From Anaerolineales bacterium (GTDB taxonomy: Bacteria; Chloroflexota; Anaerolineae; Anaerolineales; UBA4823): a DNA stretch of 64,000 nt. This document shows positions 1 through 8,958 of this stretch, piece by piece. Under the pieces are notes generated by a model. That model had not been told where the DNA came from. It saw only the letters and a program-made list of their open reading frames with translations, and made no database searches. The first letter of the stretch is position 1. The number at the start of each line of letters is the position of its first letter. Both the position numbers and the translations under genes were made by a program. The stretch lies in assembly GCA_034434515.1 (NCBI GenBank), contig DAOTZA010000139.1:1204-65203 (forward strand). Direction: 5' to 3'.

Positions 1-152
1 TTTTGTTCCAGGATAACTTCCAGACTGGAGAGATCGTTCTTCGAAAGCGCCTGTCGTTCTTCTTTCGTCAATTGATGTAAGGACTGGCAAGCGCGAAATT
101 CCTGGACAAGCAGGTCTTCCAGAGTAGCGGCAAGGGTGAGCATGTCATTCAT
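1..152 (-). CDS. FlgN-like flagellar export chaperone, 5' part only (gene runs off the window start)
   Basis: The complement ATG at 150-152 opens MNDMLTLAATLEDLLVQEFRACQSLHQLTKEERQALSKNDLSSLEVILEQ..., and the frame stays open to position 1. The N-terminus is helical. The ORF lies 36 nt downstream of flgM, as in flgM-flgN operons. The family call rests on position and composition only. Confidence 0.4.
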   Translation of the reverse strand, partial: MNDMLTLAATLEDLLVQEFRACQSLHQLTKEERQALSKNDLSSLEVILEQ

Positions 153-188
153 CGGTCGTCAAGCCTTTCCTGTCAACAGGTTGAGGGA

Positions 189-488
189 TTAAGAGCCTAA
201 ACCTTTAAGAAAGATCGAAGCCAGTTGTTCGACCGGTACCTGGTATGTTCCGGTCTGGATTTGTTCCCGTAAGGCGGAAACGCGCTCGGTGCGCACATCG
301 GGTATCTCTTGCAGGCTGAGACGCGCCTTGGCAAGCAAACGGGCGCGCTCAGAGAGAGAAGCCTGGTCTTTGTTCGCAGCTCGTTCGGCGCGATCGTTTT
401 CTTGAGCCCGTTGCTGACGCTCGATGGCGGCTGCGTTTTCAGCTTGTTTCTGAACGATACGGTTGTTTTGAGAGTGCTCAACTTTCAT
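189..488 (-). CDS. flgM: Anti-sigma-28 factor FlgM
   Basis: 99 aa. The C-terminal segment RTERVSALREQIQTGTYQVPVEQLASIFL resembles the sigma-28-binding C-terminus of FlgM. An AAGGAG SD lies 7 nt upstream of the ATG. A sigma-28 promoter lies upstream, and fliA is in the same block. Confidence 0.8.
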   Translation of the reverse strand: MKVEHSQNNRIVQKQAENAAAIERQQRAQENDRAERAANKDQASLSERARLLAKARLSLQEIPDVRTERVSALREQIQTGTYQVPVEQLASIFLKGLGS

Positions 489-511
489 GATCTTTCTCCT
501 TTGCCGGTTTG

Positions 512-557
512 AACAGGTTAGGCTGACGACGTGAGGGTATTTTTACCCTAACCTGTT
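512..557 (-). repeat. Perfect 11-bp inverted repeat (AACAGGTTAGG / CCTAACCTGTT) with a 24-nt loop, between flgG and flgM
   Basis: Read directly: plus strand 512-522 aacaggttagg and 547-557 cctaacctgtt. The upstream arm (in minus sense) overlaps the last 2 nt of the sigma-28 -10 element. The full hairpin can therefore form only in read-through RNA coming from flgG. Confidence 0.6.
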
Positions 558-581
558 ATCGGCAAAATCTTTCAAAACTTA
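556..581 (-). promoter_or_regulatory. Sigma-28 (FliA)-type promoter for flgM
   Basis: The minus strand reads TAAGTTT-N11-GCCGATAA (-35 at 581-575, -10 at 563-556). The enterobacterial consensus is TAAAGTTT-N11-GCCGATAA. The -35 element overlaps the flgG stop codon (579-581). Confidence 0.7.
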
Positions 582-1319
582 AATCCTGCGCATTTGGATG
601 GCTTGTTCCAGCATGGCATCGGTTTGTTGAAAGGTGCGTTGGGAAAGGCTGAAAGAGCGCTGCAACAGGATCATCTGGGTCAGTTCATTGGCAATGTTTA
701 CATTCGACATCTCCAGGACATGATTGCGGATTTCCCCAAATCCCTCGTTGGTTGCTGTGCCAACCGTTACCGGCCCAGAGACTTCAGTTTCGAGCCACAG
801 ATTATTTCCATAACTCTCCAACCCGTTGGGATTGGGAAACCGAGCCAGAGGGATGGTGCCAACCTGATTCCACACGCCGTTTTGGAGCACCATCACGGAG
901 CCATCCGTTTCAACGTTAATCTCCTCGAATTCTTCGGGCAGGGAACCATCCCATACTAAGGGGAAGCCATTGCCGTTGACAATGCGGCGCTCGGCGTCAA
1001 GGGTGAATTCGCCATCGCGGGTATAGGCAGTGCGTCCGTCAGGTAGGGTTACGCTGAAGAACCCATTTCCGTTTATTGCGAGATCGAGTTCCCGGGAAGT
1101 GATTTTGAACGTGCCCTGATCCAGAAAGCGCTGGGTGGTGCGCAATTGAACACCGCTATACAGACGCTGCTGAAACATCTCCTGAAAGTTGGAGCGGCTG
1201 GCTTTGAATCCGTGCGTATTAATGTTTGCCAGGTTGTGACTAACCACATCCAGATCGAGCAAACGGGTCATCATACCGCTGCGGCTGATGTGTAAAATTT
1301 GATGGATCGAGAGGGTCAT
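579..1319 (-). CDS. flgG: Flagellar basal-body distal rod protein FlgG
   Basis: 246 aa. It has the N-terminal rod motif SHNLANINTHGFK and the C-terminal FlgEFG motif LEMSNVNIANELTQMILLQRSF. Confidence 0.9.
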   Translation of the reverse strand: MTLSIHQILHISRSGMMTRLLDLDVVSHNLANINTHGFKASRSNFQEMFQQRLYSGVQLRTTQRFLDQGTFKITSRELDLAINGNGFFSVTLPDGRTAYTRDGEFTLDAERRIVNGNGFPLVWDGSLPEEFEEINVETDGSVMVLQNGVWNQVGTIPLARFPNPNGLESYGNNLWLETEVSGPVTVGTATNEGFGEIRNHVLEMSNVNIANELTQMILLQRSFSLSQRTFQQTDAMLEQAIQMRRI

Positions 1320-1348
1320 GGGTCTCCTTTCATTTCAATCCGGATTTG

Positions 1349-2107
1349 TCAAAAGGTTCCTAGCGAATTGATGGCTTTGCCAAGCAACTCATCTTGAGCT
1401 TGCACAAGCTTTTGAGCGGCCTCATAAGCTCGCGCAACGGCGATCATCTGGGTCATTAATTGGGCTGGGTTGGCGTTTGACATCTCAAGGTAGCCTTGAA
1501 CAACGCTGCCGACGGCATCACTGGTTGGACCTCCTTCGGCTGCAAAATAATTCGAGCCATCGCGGGTCAGTTCGGCAGTTGGGTCTTCAAAAGCTGCTAA
1601 ACCTAAAGTGGCAACCGTCTGTCCATTGACCAGAATGACTCCTTCTGGGCTGACCGATAAATCTCCCTCGGGCAGGTTAATCGGTTGTCCGCCTTCATCC
1701 AGCACCTGATACCCATCCACCGTGACGAGATTGCCATCAATATCGCGGTAGAAACGTCCATCGCGGGTGTATCGTTCGCCATCTGGGGTCTGGATACGAA
1801 AGAAGCCTGCTCCTTGAATAGCAAGGTCGAAGGGATGGCCGCTATGACGAAGCCCGCCTTGTAAGAAATCGGTAACCTCTGTTGCGTTTTGGACTCCTAA
1901 ACCAAAATTACCGATCCAGCGCAGGTTCGCTAATCCGGCAGTTGGACCTGGTGGATAGATCATGGCAGTCTCTTTAAAATCCTCCAGACTGGTTAAGACT
2001 TGTTTGAAACCAGGTGTATCTACATTGGCGATGTTGTGGGCTAATAGCCCGTGGCGGTAGAGGTTGGCTAACATGGCTGAGGCTGCAGAATATAAACCTT
2101 TGATCAT
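1349..2107 (-). CDS. flgF: Flagellar basal-body rod protein FlgF/FlgG family (proximal rod)
   Basis: 252 aa. It has the N-terminal AHNIANVDTPGFK motif and the C-terminal LEMSNANPAQLMTQMIAVARAYEA motif. It sits immediately upstream of flgG. Confidence 0.8.
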   Translation of the reverse strand: MIKGLYSAASAMLANLYRHGLLAHNIANVDTPGFKQVLTSLEDFKETAMIYPPGPTAGLANLRWIGNFGLGVQNATEVTDFLQGGLRHSGHPFDLAIQGAGFFRIQTPDGERYTRDGRFYRDIDGNLVTVDGYQVLDEGGQPINLPEGDLSVSPEGVILVNGQTVATLGLAAFEDPTAELTRDGSNYFAAEGGPTSDAVGSVVQGYLEMSNANPAQLMTQMIAVARAYEAAQKLVQAQDELLGKAINSLGTF

Positions 2108-2571
2108 GCCGAGACCTCCTTTCGGTTTTCGGTGGACTTTTGATTCAGGCGAATGACCATATTCACTTCATCAATGGTCATCCCCATCTGACGGGCAATA
2201 TCCAGAGCGCTCATCCCACCACTTGCCATAGAGACAACTATTTGATTGCGCTCCAGGCTGCTGGTCGGACGCAATCCGGCCAGCAGGTTTGTGGGGGGTT
2301 GATTTTGGCTCTTCTGTACTGCGGATAGCAGCGTTTTGAAATCCTCCTGAGCCAGAATACCGCCGCTTGGGGGGAGGCTTTGAGCTGTAGTTTTCTGTGG
2401 AACGGCGGTTACTTTTGCTTGATTGGCTCCTTCCGCTAGACTTTTCAATTGCTCAACGACCGGTTTGAGCTTCTCTGCCTGTTCAGGTTGGCCTTGAACC
2501 CGCGCCGTTTCGCGGGCGAGTTGGATTAACTTCAGGGTATCACTCAATAAAACCGACGAAATGTTATTCAT
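2104..2571 (-). CDS. Uncharacterised flagellar-operon protein with a C-terminal HTH-like segment
   Basis: 155 aa. Its start overlaps the fliA stop (2568-2571) and its stop overlaps the flgF start (2104-2107), which implies translational coupling. The C-terminus ERNQIVVSMASGGMSALDIARQMGMTIDEVNMVIRL resembles a sigma region-4/LuxR-type helix-turn-helix. The N-terminal part is Q/A/K-rich and helical. Confidence 0.6.
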   Translation of the reverse strand: MNNISSVLLSDTLKLIQLARETARVQGQPEQAEKLKPVVEQLKSLAEGANQAKVTAVPQKTTAQSLPPSGGILAQEDFKTLLSAVQKSQNQPPTNLLAGLRPTSSLERNQIVVSMASGGMSALDIARQMGMTIDEVNMVIRLNQKSTENRKEVSA

Positions 2572-3422
2572 AGAGTCGTACCTCCCTGATCAGAGATGCT
2601 TCCGGAACGATGGATGGCGGCATGGCGTGGCAAACGCTCGGGTTGGGTGAGGTTTTCGGCTTGCATCATCGCTCGTTTAAGTTTTGACCGCAACGAAAGG
2701 ACGGCTTTGGTGTGCAATTGACACACCCGTGACTCCGATACATCCAAGACCATACCAATTTCCTTAAAGGTCAAATGTTCATAATAATATAATGAAAGAA
2801 CTAACTGCTCCCGTTCAGGCAGGGATTGAATGATCTGGATCAGGGTTTCTTTCAGTTCTTCGCTTTCGATTAAGGCATCTGGATTTTCTTGTTCCTCATC
2901 GGCAAGGATTTCGTGTAAGGAGATGGTTTCGTCTCCATCCGAAGTGACAACCGTGTCCAGAGATAGCAAGATATGACTGCTATCCAAGAAAGCCTGCCTC
3001 AGCCCTTCTACGTCCCATTGCAACAGTTCGGCTAGTTCTTCATCGCTTGGAGGACGGTGATATTGTTCCCAAAAACGATCGATTGCCCCTTGTAACTGGC
3101 GAGCCCGTTGACGCGCGCCGCGCGAGAGCCAATCGTGAGAGCGAAGCTGGTCGATGACTTTACCGCGAATGCGTAAAATGGCATAGGTGCTGAATTGGGT
3201 GCCATGGGAGGCATCGTAGCGGTCGACAGCCTCGATCAAGCCGAGAATGCCCTGGCTGGCAGCGTCTTCGTAATCGGCGCCGACTGCCTGAGAAATCCCT
3301 AACCTTCCTAAGACAAAATGCACGAGGGGGATGTAGCGTAAGATGATCTCCTCGCGCGTTTGAGGGTCACGGGTTTTCAAAAAGTGCTGAATTAATTCGG
3401 CGTCGTCTTTGCGTGTGTCCAT
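2568..3422 (-). CDS. fliA: Flagellar RNA polymerase sigma factor, FliA/WhiG (sigma-28) family
   Basis: 284 aa. Region 2 reads YEDAASQGILGLIEAVDRYD...FSTYAILRIRGKVID. Region 4 reads LPEREQLVLSLYYYEHLTFKEIGMVLDVSESRVCQLH. It lies within the flagellar block, and a sigma-28 promoter is present at flgM. Confidence 0.9.
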   Translation of the reverse strand: MDTRKDDAELIQHFLKTRDPQTREEIILRYIPLVHFVLGRLGISQAVGADYEDAASQGILGLIEAVDRYDASHGTQFSTYAILRIRGKVIDQLRSHDWLSRGARQRARQLQGAIDRFWEQYHRPPSDEELAELLQWDVEGLRQAFLDSSHILLSLDTVVTSDGDETISLHEILADEEQENPDALIESEELKETLIQIIQSLPEREQLVLSLYYYEHLTFKEIGMVLDVSESRVCQLHTKAVLSLRSKLKRAMMQAENLTQPERLPRHAAIHRSGSISDQGGTTL

Positions 3423-3435
3423 TGGCTAGCTCAAC

Positions 3436-3798
3436 CTATGCCTGAACTTCAAGCGTGCTCTCTCCTGTATCCAACTCGGATTGGGCGGCTTTCAAATCCT
3501 TTCTGGCTGTTTCGATGACTTGATGGGCGAGAAAATAATTCAGCAACCAAAAGATCGCCCCTAAGGTGAAAATGGCAACACAACCCCGCATGGCTGCCAT
3601 AACAACCGAAGCGCCCTTAAGCAATGATACTCCTACGGTGACCACGCCGGCCAATAGAATGATCAGGCTGGCGAGAGAAAACGAGATATCCAGCAAAGCA
3701 GGTAAGGGTGGATTGCGTCGAACGGATTCTTTCTCCTTGTTCTTGGGCTCTTGAGGCTTTTTTTGTTCCTTTGGTTTTGTTTCTTGCTTTTTTGCCAT
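3436..3798 (-). CDS. Small membrane protein with a K/E-rich N-terminus and 2 predicted TM helices; function unknown
   Basis: 120 aa, beginning MAKKQETKPKEQKKPQEPKNKEKE, followed by two hydrophobic spans. It is packed tightly between flhF (4-nt gap) and fliA (13-nt gap), the slot usually occupied by flhG/ylxH. Confidence 0.6.
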   Translation of the reverse strand: MAKKQETKPKEQKKPQEPKNKEKESVRRNPPLPALLDISFSLASLIILLAGVVTVGVSLLKGASVVMAAMRGCVAIFTLGAIFWLLNYFLAHQVIETARKDLKAAQSELDTGESTLEVQA

Positions 3799-3802
3799 CT
3801 TT

Positions 3803-5026
3803 TCATTCCTTCCTCAGAACGAGTTCGGATAACAACCTCGCTTGGGCAGGGCGAAGGTGATCCAAGATTTGGTTTCCATCGCTCAGGTATGCAATGGGGA
3901 TCTTGCTCTTCCACACGATGTTAAAGAGACTTCCATACTGACGGGTTTCATCCAGCTTGCTGAACACAAACGCGTTGACACCCAACGGACTAAACGCGGC
4001 TACCGCCTGTTGCAGGTCGGCTTCCTTAGCTGAAGCTGATAAGACCAGAAAGGTTACCTTTTGCGGAGCTACAGTTAGTAGTTCACTTAATTCGATGATC
4101 TCTTGAGCATTATAGGGATTTCGAGCTGGTGTGTCCACCAGAATCAGATCTTCTTTTTCTAGCTCGGCGAAGGTTTGCTGTAAGTCTGCGGTTGTATAGA
4201 CAAAGCGCGGTTCAATTCCGAAGGCTTTGGCGTACGCATGGGTTTGGGCAATCGCGCCGGTGCGGATCGTATCAGCGCAGACCCAGGCAATGCGGCGCGG
4301 ATCAGTTTGGTTTAGATGGGCGGTTAAACGAGCGCAGAAGCTGGTCTTGCCAGCTCCACTTGGCCCAATCACATATAGGATTCGTGCTGTGCGAGTCTTG
4401 CCGGCCTGCCAGCGTTCAATGCGTAGAATGCGGATATAGGTTTCTAGCTGTTTGCGCAGGATTTGACGCAAGCGTTCTTCGTCATTGAATATCTTGGGGT
4501 TGATGGTTTCTGCCACGCGGTGGAAAAGATCTTTGATGATTTCAGGATCAAGACCTTGCTCGGTCAGTTCTTGACGGGCGCGCACCAATGCTGGCGGAAT
4601 GGTGATGGCAGCTTTATCCTTAATAACCTTAGGAATAACTTTTGGTTGGGGCTCGGGTGGAAGGGCGGATTGTTCGACTTGTTGTCGGGCTAATTTCTCC
4701 GCCAGTTGGGCAAGATAGGTTTGCGGATCTACTTCTGTTCCAGAGTCGGCCGGTTTTTTGGAATTGGCCTGATTTATCACCGGGGTGAAAGCGCTTTTTT
4801 GAGCCTGCTCCAATGCAGGATTTGGACGGTTTTTGGGAGGCGGAACGGCAACGGTTGGGGTGCCCGGCATAGCCAGCACTTCCACCAGGGGTTGTTTCCA
4901 GACTTCCCAGGCCGGTCCGCCGGGTACTTGACGCACAGAAAGGATGACAGCTTCGGGTCCAAACTCGTTTTGCACGAGCTCCAGGGCTTCCTGAGTGGTA
5001 GGGGCGGTAAAGGTTTTGGGTTCCAT
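3803..5026 (-). CDS. flhF: Flagellar biosynthesis SRP-type GTPase FlhF
   Basis: 407 aa. G1 motif GPSGAGKTS, G3 motif LVDTPARN, and an SRP54-type NG domain. It lies immediately downstream of flhA. Confidence 0.9.
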   Translation of the reverse strand: MEPKTFTAPTTQEALELVQNEFGPEAVILSVRQVPGGPAWEVWKQPLVEVLAMPGTPTVAVPPPKNRPNPALEQAQKSAFTPVINQANSKKPADSGTEVDPQTYLAQLAEKLARQQVEQSALPPEPQPKVIPKVIKDKAAITIPPALVRARQELTEQGLDPEIIKDLFHRVAETINPKIFNDEERLRQILRKQLETYIRILRIERWQAGKTRTARILYVIGPSGAGKTSFCARLTAHLNQTDPRRIAWVCADTIRTGAIAQTHAYAKAFGIEPRFVYTTADLQQTFAELEKEDLILVDTPARNPYNAQEIIELSELLTVAPQKVTFLVLSASAKEADLQQAVAAFSPLGVNAFVFSKLDETRQYGSLFNIVWKSKIPIAYLSDGNQILDHLRPAQARLLSELVLRKE

Positions 5027-5027
5027 C

Positions 5028-7100
5028 TTATCCTTCCATCACCATACCGTGAGATTTTACTTTTGTACCTGGGCTGACCTCGGAGAATGCCAGCACAACC
5101 AGATTTGGCAGAGATTGCTCAATTAACTTGCGAAAAGCAAGCCGAATTTCGCGTGGGCAGAGCAGAATAGGAAAATGTCCTGCCTGAGCCAGCTTTTCCA
5201 TCTGCTCACCGGTGCGAATCAAAATTTGCTGTGCAGTTTGGGCGTCAATGTTAAGACCAATGCCGCTTTCATTCGAAACGAGATTGTCTCGCAACAGGCT
5301 TTCTAATTGAGGTGACAAGGTGAAGACATACAAGGTGCCATCCTCTTCCCGGTAAAGGTTGGTAATGGTGCGCGCCATGGACTGGCGTACAGCTTCTGCC
5401 AGGATGAAGGGGTTGCGAGTTACTGCGGCATTATCGGCGATGACTTCAAGGATGCCTCCCAAATCGCGAATCGGGATGCGTTCTTTCAGCAGGCAGCGTA
5501 AAACGGCTTGTAATTCCCCCAGGGTGATTTGTTCTGGGATAACACCTTCGACCATCGCCGGGGTGCGGGCTCGCAATTGATCGATCATCTCCTGCACCAT
5601 CTGGCGGTTGAGCAGATCGGCGGCATAGCTGCGGACCACTTCGGTCAGGTGGGTACTCAGGACAGAAAGCGGGGTGACGACAGTGTAGCCGAGCAGTTCG
5701 GCGCGGCCTTTCTCGGCATCTCCAATCCAGAGTGCAGGCAAGCCGAAGGCGGGTTCGGTGGTTGGGATGCCGTGGATTTTCTCTTCGGTGTCATTGCCTG
5801 GAATAGCAAGGTAACGGTCAATCAGCAATTCCCCGCGCACCACTTCCTCCCGCCGAATTTTGATGCGGTATTCCTGAGGAGAAAGACGCAGGTTATCGCG
5901 CACGCGAACAATGGGTAAGACGAAACCTAATTCGTTCATTAGTTGTCGGCGAATTCCGGTGATGCGCCGTAATAGATTGTCGGGCTGGCTATCGTCAATG
6001 AGCGGGATCAACCCATAGCCAATCTCGATCTCCAGGGGATCTGCCACCACCATTTCCAGCATGTCCTGGGGCGATTCGGGTTCAGTGGTCATCACCTCTT
6101 CGGCCGGTTCTTGAACTTGTTTTTGTTGCAAGTTCCAGACTGCGTACGCGGCTGCTCCGAAACCGGCCGCAACCAGAATGAAGGGAAGCTTTGGCAAACC
6201 AGGAATTAAACCGATGGTGGCAATAATCAGCGTTCCAATCCCCAGCGCACTAAAGTTGGAAAGCTGGCCGATCATATCCGAACCCAGGGATAGATCGCTT
6301 GTGGTGCGGGTAACGATTAAACCCGAAGCAGCGGAGACGATCAAAGCCGGAATTTGCACTGCCAGACCGGCACCCACGGTCAGCAGTGTGTAGGTTTGTA
6401 ACGCATCGAGTAAGGAGAGCTGGCGTTGGACAATGCCGATCACAAAACCACCGATGATGTTGACAATCATTACAATCACGGCTGCAATCGCATCACCGCG
6501 CACGAACTTACTGGCGCCATCCATAGCGCCGTAGAAATCAGCCTCGATTTCTATTTCGCGGCGGCGGATGCGAGCTTGATTTTCATCGATCAAACCAGCG
6601 TTCAGCTCGGCGTCAATCGAAAGCTGTTTGCCGGGCATGGCATCCAGGGTGAAACGGGCGGCCACTTCAGCAACTCGGCCGGCTCCATTGGTGATTACAA
6701 CAAACTGGATCACCATCAACATCAAGAAGACAACCACGCCCACAACATAGTTGCCACCGAGAATTAAGGAACCGAAGGTGCTGATGACTTTGCCGGCATT
6801 GCCTTGAATCAGGATCAGGCGGCTGGCGGCAATGTTCAGACCTAAGCGAAACAGCGTTACCAGTAAAAGCACTGAGGGAAAAACCGAAAAATCCATCGGT
6901 CGGGCAATATACATGGAAAGCAACATGACTCCGATCGACAAGGCAAGGTTAAACACGATGAGGAAGTCCATGGCAAGGGGTGGCAGTGGCACCAACATCA
7001 AACCGATAATCAGGATAACTGCCAGTGCTAAAACAATGTCTTTCGAACGCAACAGGTTGATCCATTGGCTGGTGGCAAGTGATTCTGTCCGAACAGTCAT
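5028..7100 (-). CDS. flhA: Flagellar type III export apparatus protein FlhA
   Basis: 690 aa. It has an N-terminal polytopic membrane domain, the conserved FHIPEP-type segment (AGRVAEVAARFTLDAMPGKQLSIDAELNAG) and a cytoplasmic C-terminal domain. Confidence 0.97.
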   Translation of the reverse strand: MTVRTESLATSQWINLLRSKDIVLALAVILIIGLMLVPLPPLAMDFLIVFNLALSIGVMLLSMYIARPMDFSVFPSVLLLVTLFRLGLNIAASRLILIQGNAGKVISTFGSLILGGNYVVGVVVFLMLMVIQFVVITNGAGRVAEVAARFTLDAMPGKQLSIDAELNAGLIDENQARIRRREIEIEADFYGAMDGASKFVRGDAIAAVIVMIVNIIGGFVIGIVQRQLSLLDALQTYTLLTVGAGLAVQIPALIVSAASGLIVTRTTSDLSLGSDMIGQLSNFSALGIGTLIIATIGLIPGLPKLPFILVAAGFGAAAYAVWNLQQKQVQEPAEEVMTTEPESPQDMLEMVVADPLEIEIGYGLIPLIDDSQPDNLLRRITGIRRQLMNELGFVLPIVRVRDNLRLSPQEYRIKIRREEVVRGELLIDRYLAIPGNDTEEKIHGIPTTEPAFGLPALWIGDAEKGRAELLGYTVVTPLSVLSTHLTEVVRSYAADLLNRQMVQEMIDQLRARTPAMVEGVIPEQITLGELQAVLRCLLKERIPIRDLGGILEVIADNAAVTRNPFILAEAVRQSMARTITNLYREEDGTLYVFTLSPQLESLLRDNLVSNESGIGLNIDAQTAQQILIRTGEQMEKLAQAGHFPILLCPREIRLAFRKLIEQSLPNLVVLAFSEVSPGTKVKSHGMVMEG

Positions 7101-7118
7101 CTTTTTTCCTTCTCCTGG

Positions 7119-8186
7119 TTAAGAAGCCACTGCTGCAGGCACCTTTTGGCGCAAGGCGTAAACGTGAGCTAAAACCTCGGCCATTGCCACATAGAGTTCG
7201 GGAGGAATTTCTTGATCGATGTCAACGGTCTTGTAAAGGGCTCGTGCCAGCGGGATATTTTGAATGACCGGGATATGATTGGCAATGGCAATTTGAACAA
7301 TTCGCTGGGCAATCAAATACGCCCCTTTGGCAACCACTACGGGAGCATTCATGGTTTCAGGGTCATAGCGGATGGCAACGGCAAGGTGGGTAGGGTTGGT
7401 GATAATCACATCGGCTTTGGGAACATTTGCCATCATGATCGAGCGTAGCATTCTACGCATTTGGCCGCGGATGCGGTTCTTGATCATTGGATCGCCTTCG
7501 CTGCGTTTCATTTCTTCCTTTACCTCTTCTTTCGACATCATTAAGGAGCGTCGGTATGTCCACCGTTGATAGGCATAATCAGCAAAAGCAAGGAGAAGAA
7601 AAGCTGCTCCTACCCGTAGAGCCAGTTTTATGGCAATGTCACTCCACACTGCAACCGCGCTGTTGAAGTCTAACTCGGTCAGATGAAGAAGAGGAGAGAT
7701 CTGGTCGCGCAGATAGGCATAGACCACCCAGCCGACCAATACCAGCTTGAGCAGGGCTTTGATCCATTCAACCAGACCTTGGAGCGAAAAGAGCCGTTTG
7801 AAGCCGTTAAGTGGATTGAGGCGACCAAGGTTGAACGCAATCCGTTTGCTCGACCAAAGGAAGTTGGTCTGTGCCAGTGTCACCGAAACCCCCACCATCC
7901 CCAGCGCTAAAATGATGATCAGCAGGTCTTGCCCAACTCGCAACAGGTCGGTAATCATCCGTTGGGAAAACCACTCACCGCTAACCTCACCGCTGGGCAA
8001 GGTGGTCATTGCCTCGACTAAGATAGCCTGAATCTCGGTAATCACCCGCCGCCCAGGTGAGCTGATCAACCATACACCGATCAACAGGGCGGCGGCTGCG
8101 TTCAGCTCCTGGCTCAGGGCTACCATGCCCTCTTTGCGGGCTTCTTGAATCTTACGACCGGTCGGGGGTTCAGTCTTCTCCGGCAT
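7119..8186 (-). CDS. flhB: Flagellar export switch protein FlhB
   Basis: 355 aa. It begins MPEKTEPPTGRKIQEARKEG and contains the NPTH autocleavage site (ITNPTHLAVAI). Confidence 0.95.
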   Translation of the reverse strand: MPEKTEPPTGRKIQEARKEGMVALSQELNAAAALLIGVWLISSPGRRVITEIQAILVEAMTTLPSGEVSGEWFSQRMITDLLRVGQDLLIIILALGMVGVSVTLAQTNFLWSSKRIAFNLGRLNPLNGFKRLFSLQGLVEWIKALLKLVLVGWVVYAYLRDQISPLLHLTELDFNSAVAVWSDIAIKLALRVGAAFLLLAFADYAYQRWTYRRSLMMSKEEVKEEMKRSEGDPMIKNRIRGQMRRMLRSIMMANVPKADVIITNPTHLAVAIRYDPETMNAPVVVAKGAYLIAQRIVQIAIANHIPVIQNIPLARALYKTVDIDQEIPPELYVAMAEVLAHVYALRQKVPAAVAS

Positions 8187-8187
8187 G

Positions 8188-8958
8188 TTACTTTCCTAGG
8201 AGCAATAACATTTGAGGGGCAATATTGCCAAACACGGTTCGGATGAGCGGTGACAAAGCCGGGATAGAAATGGCTAAGGCGAAGATGCCTAAACCAATCT
8301 TGAGCGGTATGCCCAGAAAGAAAACCTGAATCTGCGGAGCCACCCGCGCAAGGAGTCCCATCGCTAAATCAGTCAGCAAGAGCGTTGCCAGTAATGGAAA
8401 TGACATTTGTACACCGATTTTGATCAGGCTCGCCGTTAACCGCAGAACTGGCTCCTGGGCAACGGTGGGCAGGCTGGAATTAATCGGCAGCACCTCGAAG
8501 GATTGTTGTAGCCCGAGGAGAAAACTGTGATGGCCGTTAATGGCTAAAAAGATGAGAAATGAGGTCACAACCAGAATTTGATCGAGCGGCGTACCCTGTT
8601 CTTCTAGGGCAGGGTTGAGAATTTGGGCGGCCGCAAAACCGCTGCCCAGACCGATCAGATTACCGGCTATGCTCAAAGCGCCAAAAGCCAGATTGGCGGC
8701 ATAGCCGGCCAACGTGCCGATCAGGATTTCTTTCCCAATCGCTACCGAGAAGGATAACAAATCCATGCCCGCTCGACCAAAGGCGGTAAAGTTCAGCGGG
8801 GTCATGAAAATTGCCAGGATGAGCCCTAGTCCGATCTTAATGGGATTGGGGATCGAACGACCTGCCAGCACCGGAACATGGATGATGGTGGCCATGATCC
8901 TGGTAAACGTCAGGAAGAAAGCTTGAAATTGAGCAACGTTGACCAGTGTTTCGTTCAT
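8188..8958 (-). CDS. fliR: Flagellar export gate protein FliR
   Basis: 256 aa, polytopic. It lies 1 nt upstream of flhB and has FliR-like helices (FLTFTRIMATIIHVPVL). Confidence 0.9.
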   Translation of the reverse strand: MNETLVNVAQFQAFFLTFTRIMATIIHVPVLAGRSIPNPIKIGLGLILAIFMTPLNFTAFGRAGMDLLSFSVAIGKEILIGTLAGYAANLAFGALSIAGNLIGLGSGFAAAQILNPALEEQGTPLDQILVVTSFLIFLAINGHHSFLLGLQQSFEVLPINSSLPTVAQEPVLRLTASLIKIGVQMSFPLLATLLLTDLAMGLLARVAPQIQVFFLGIPLKIGLGIFALAISIPALSPLIRTVFGNIAPQMLLLLGK

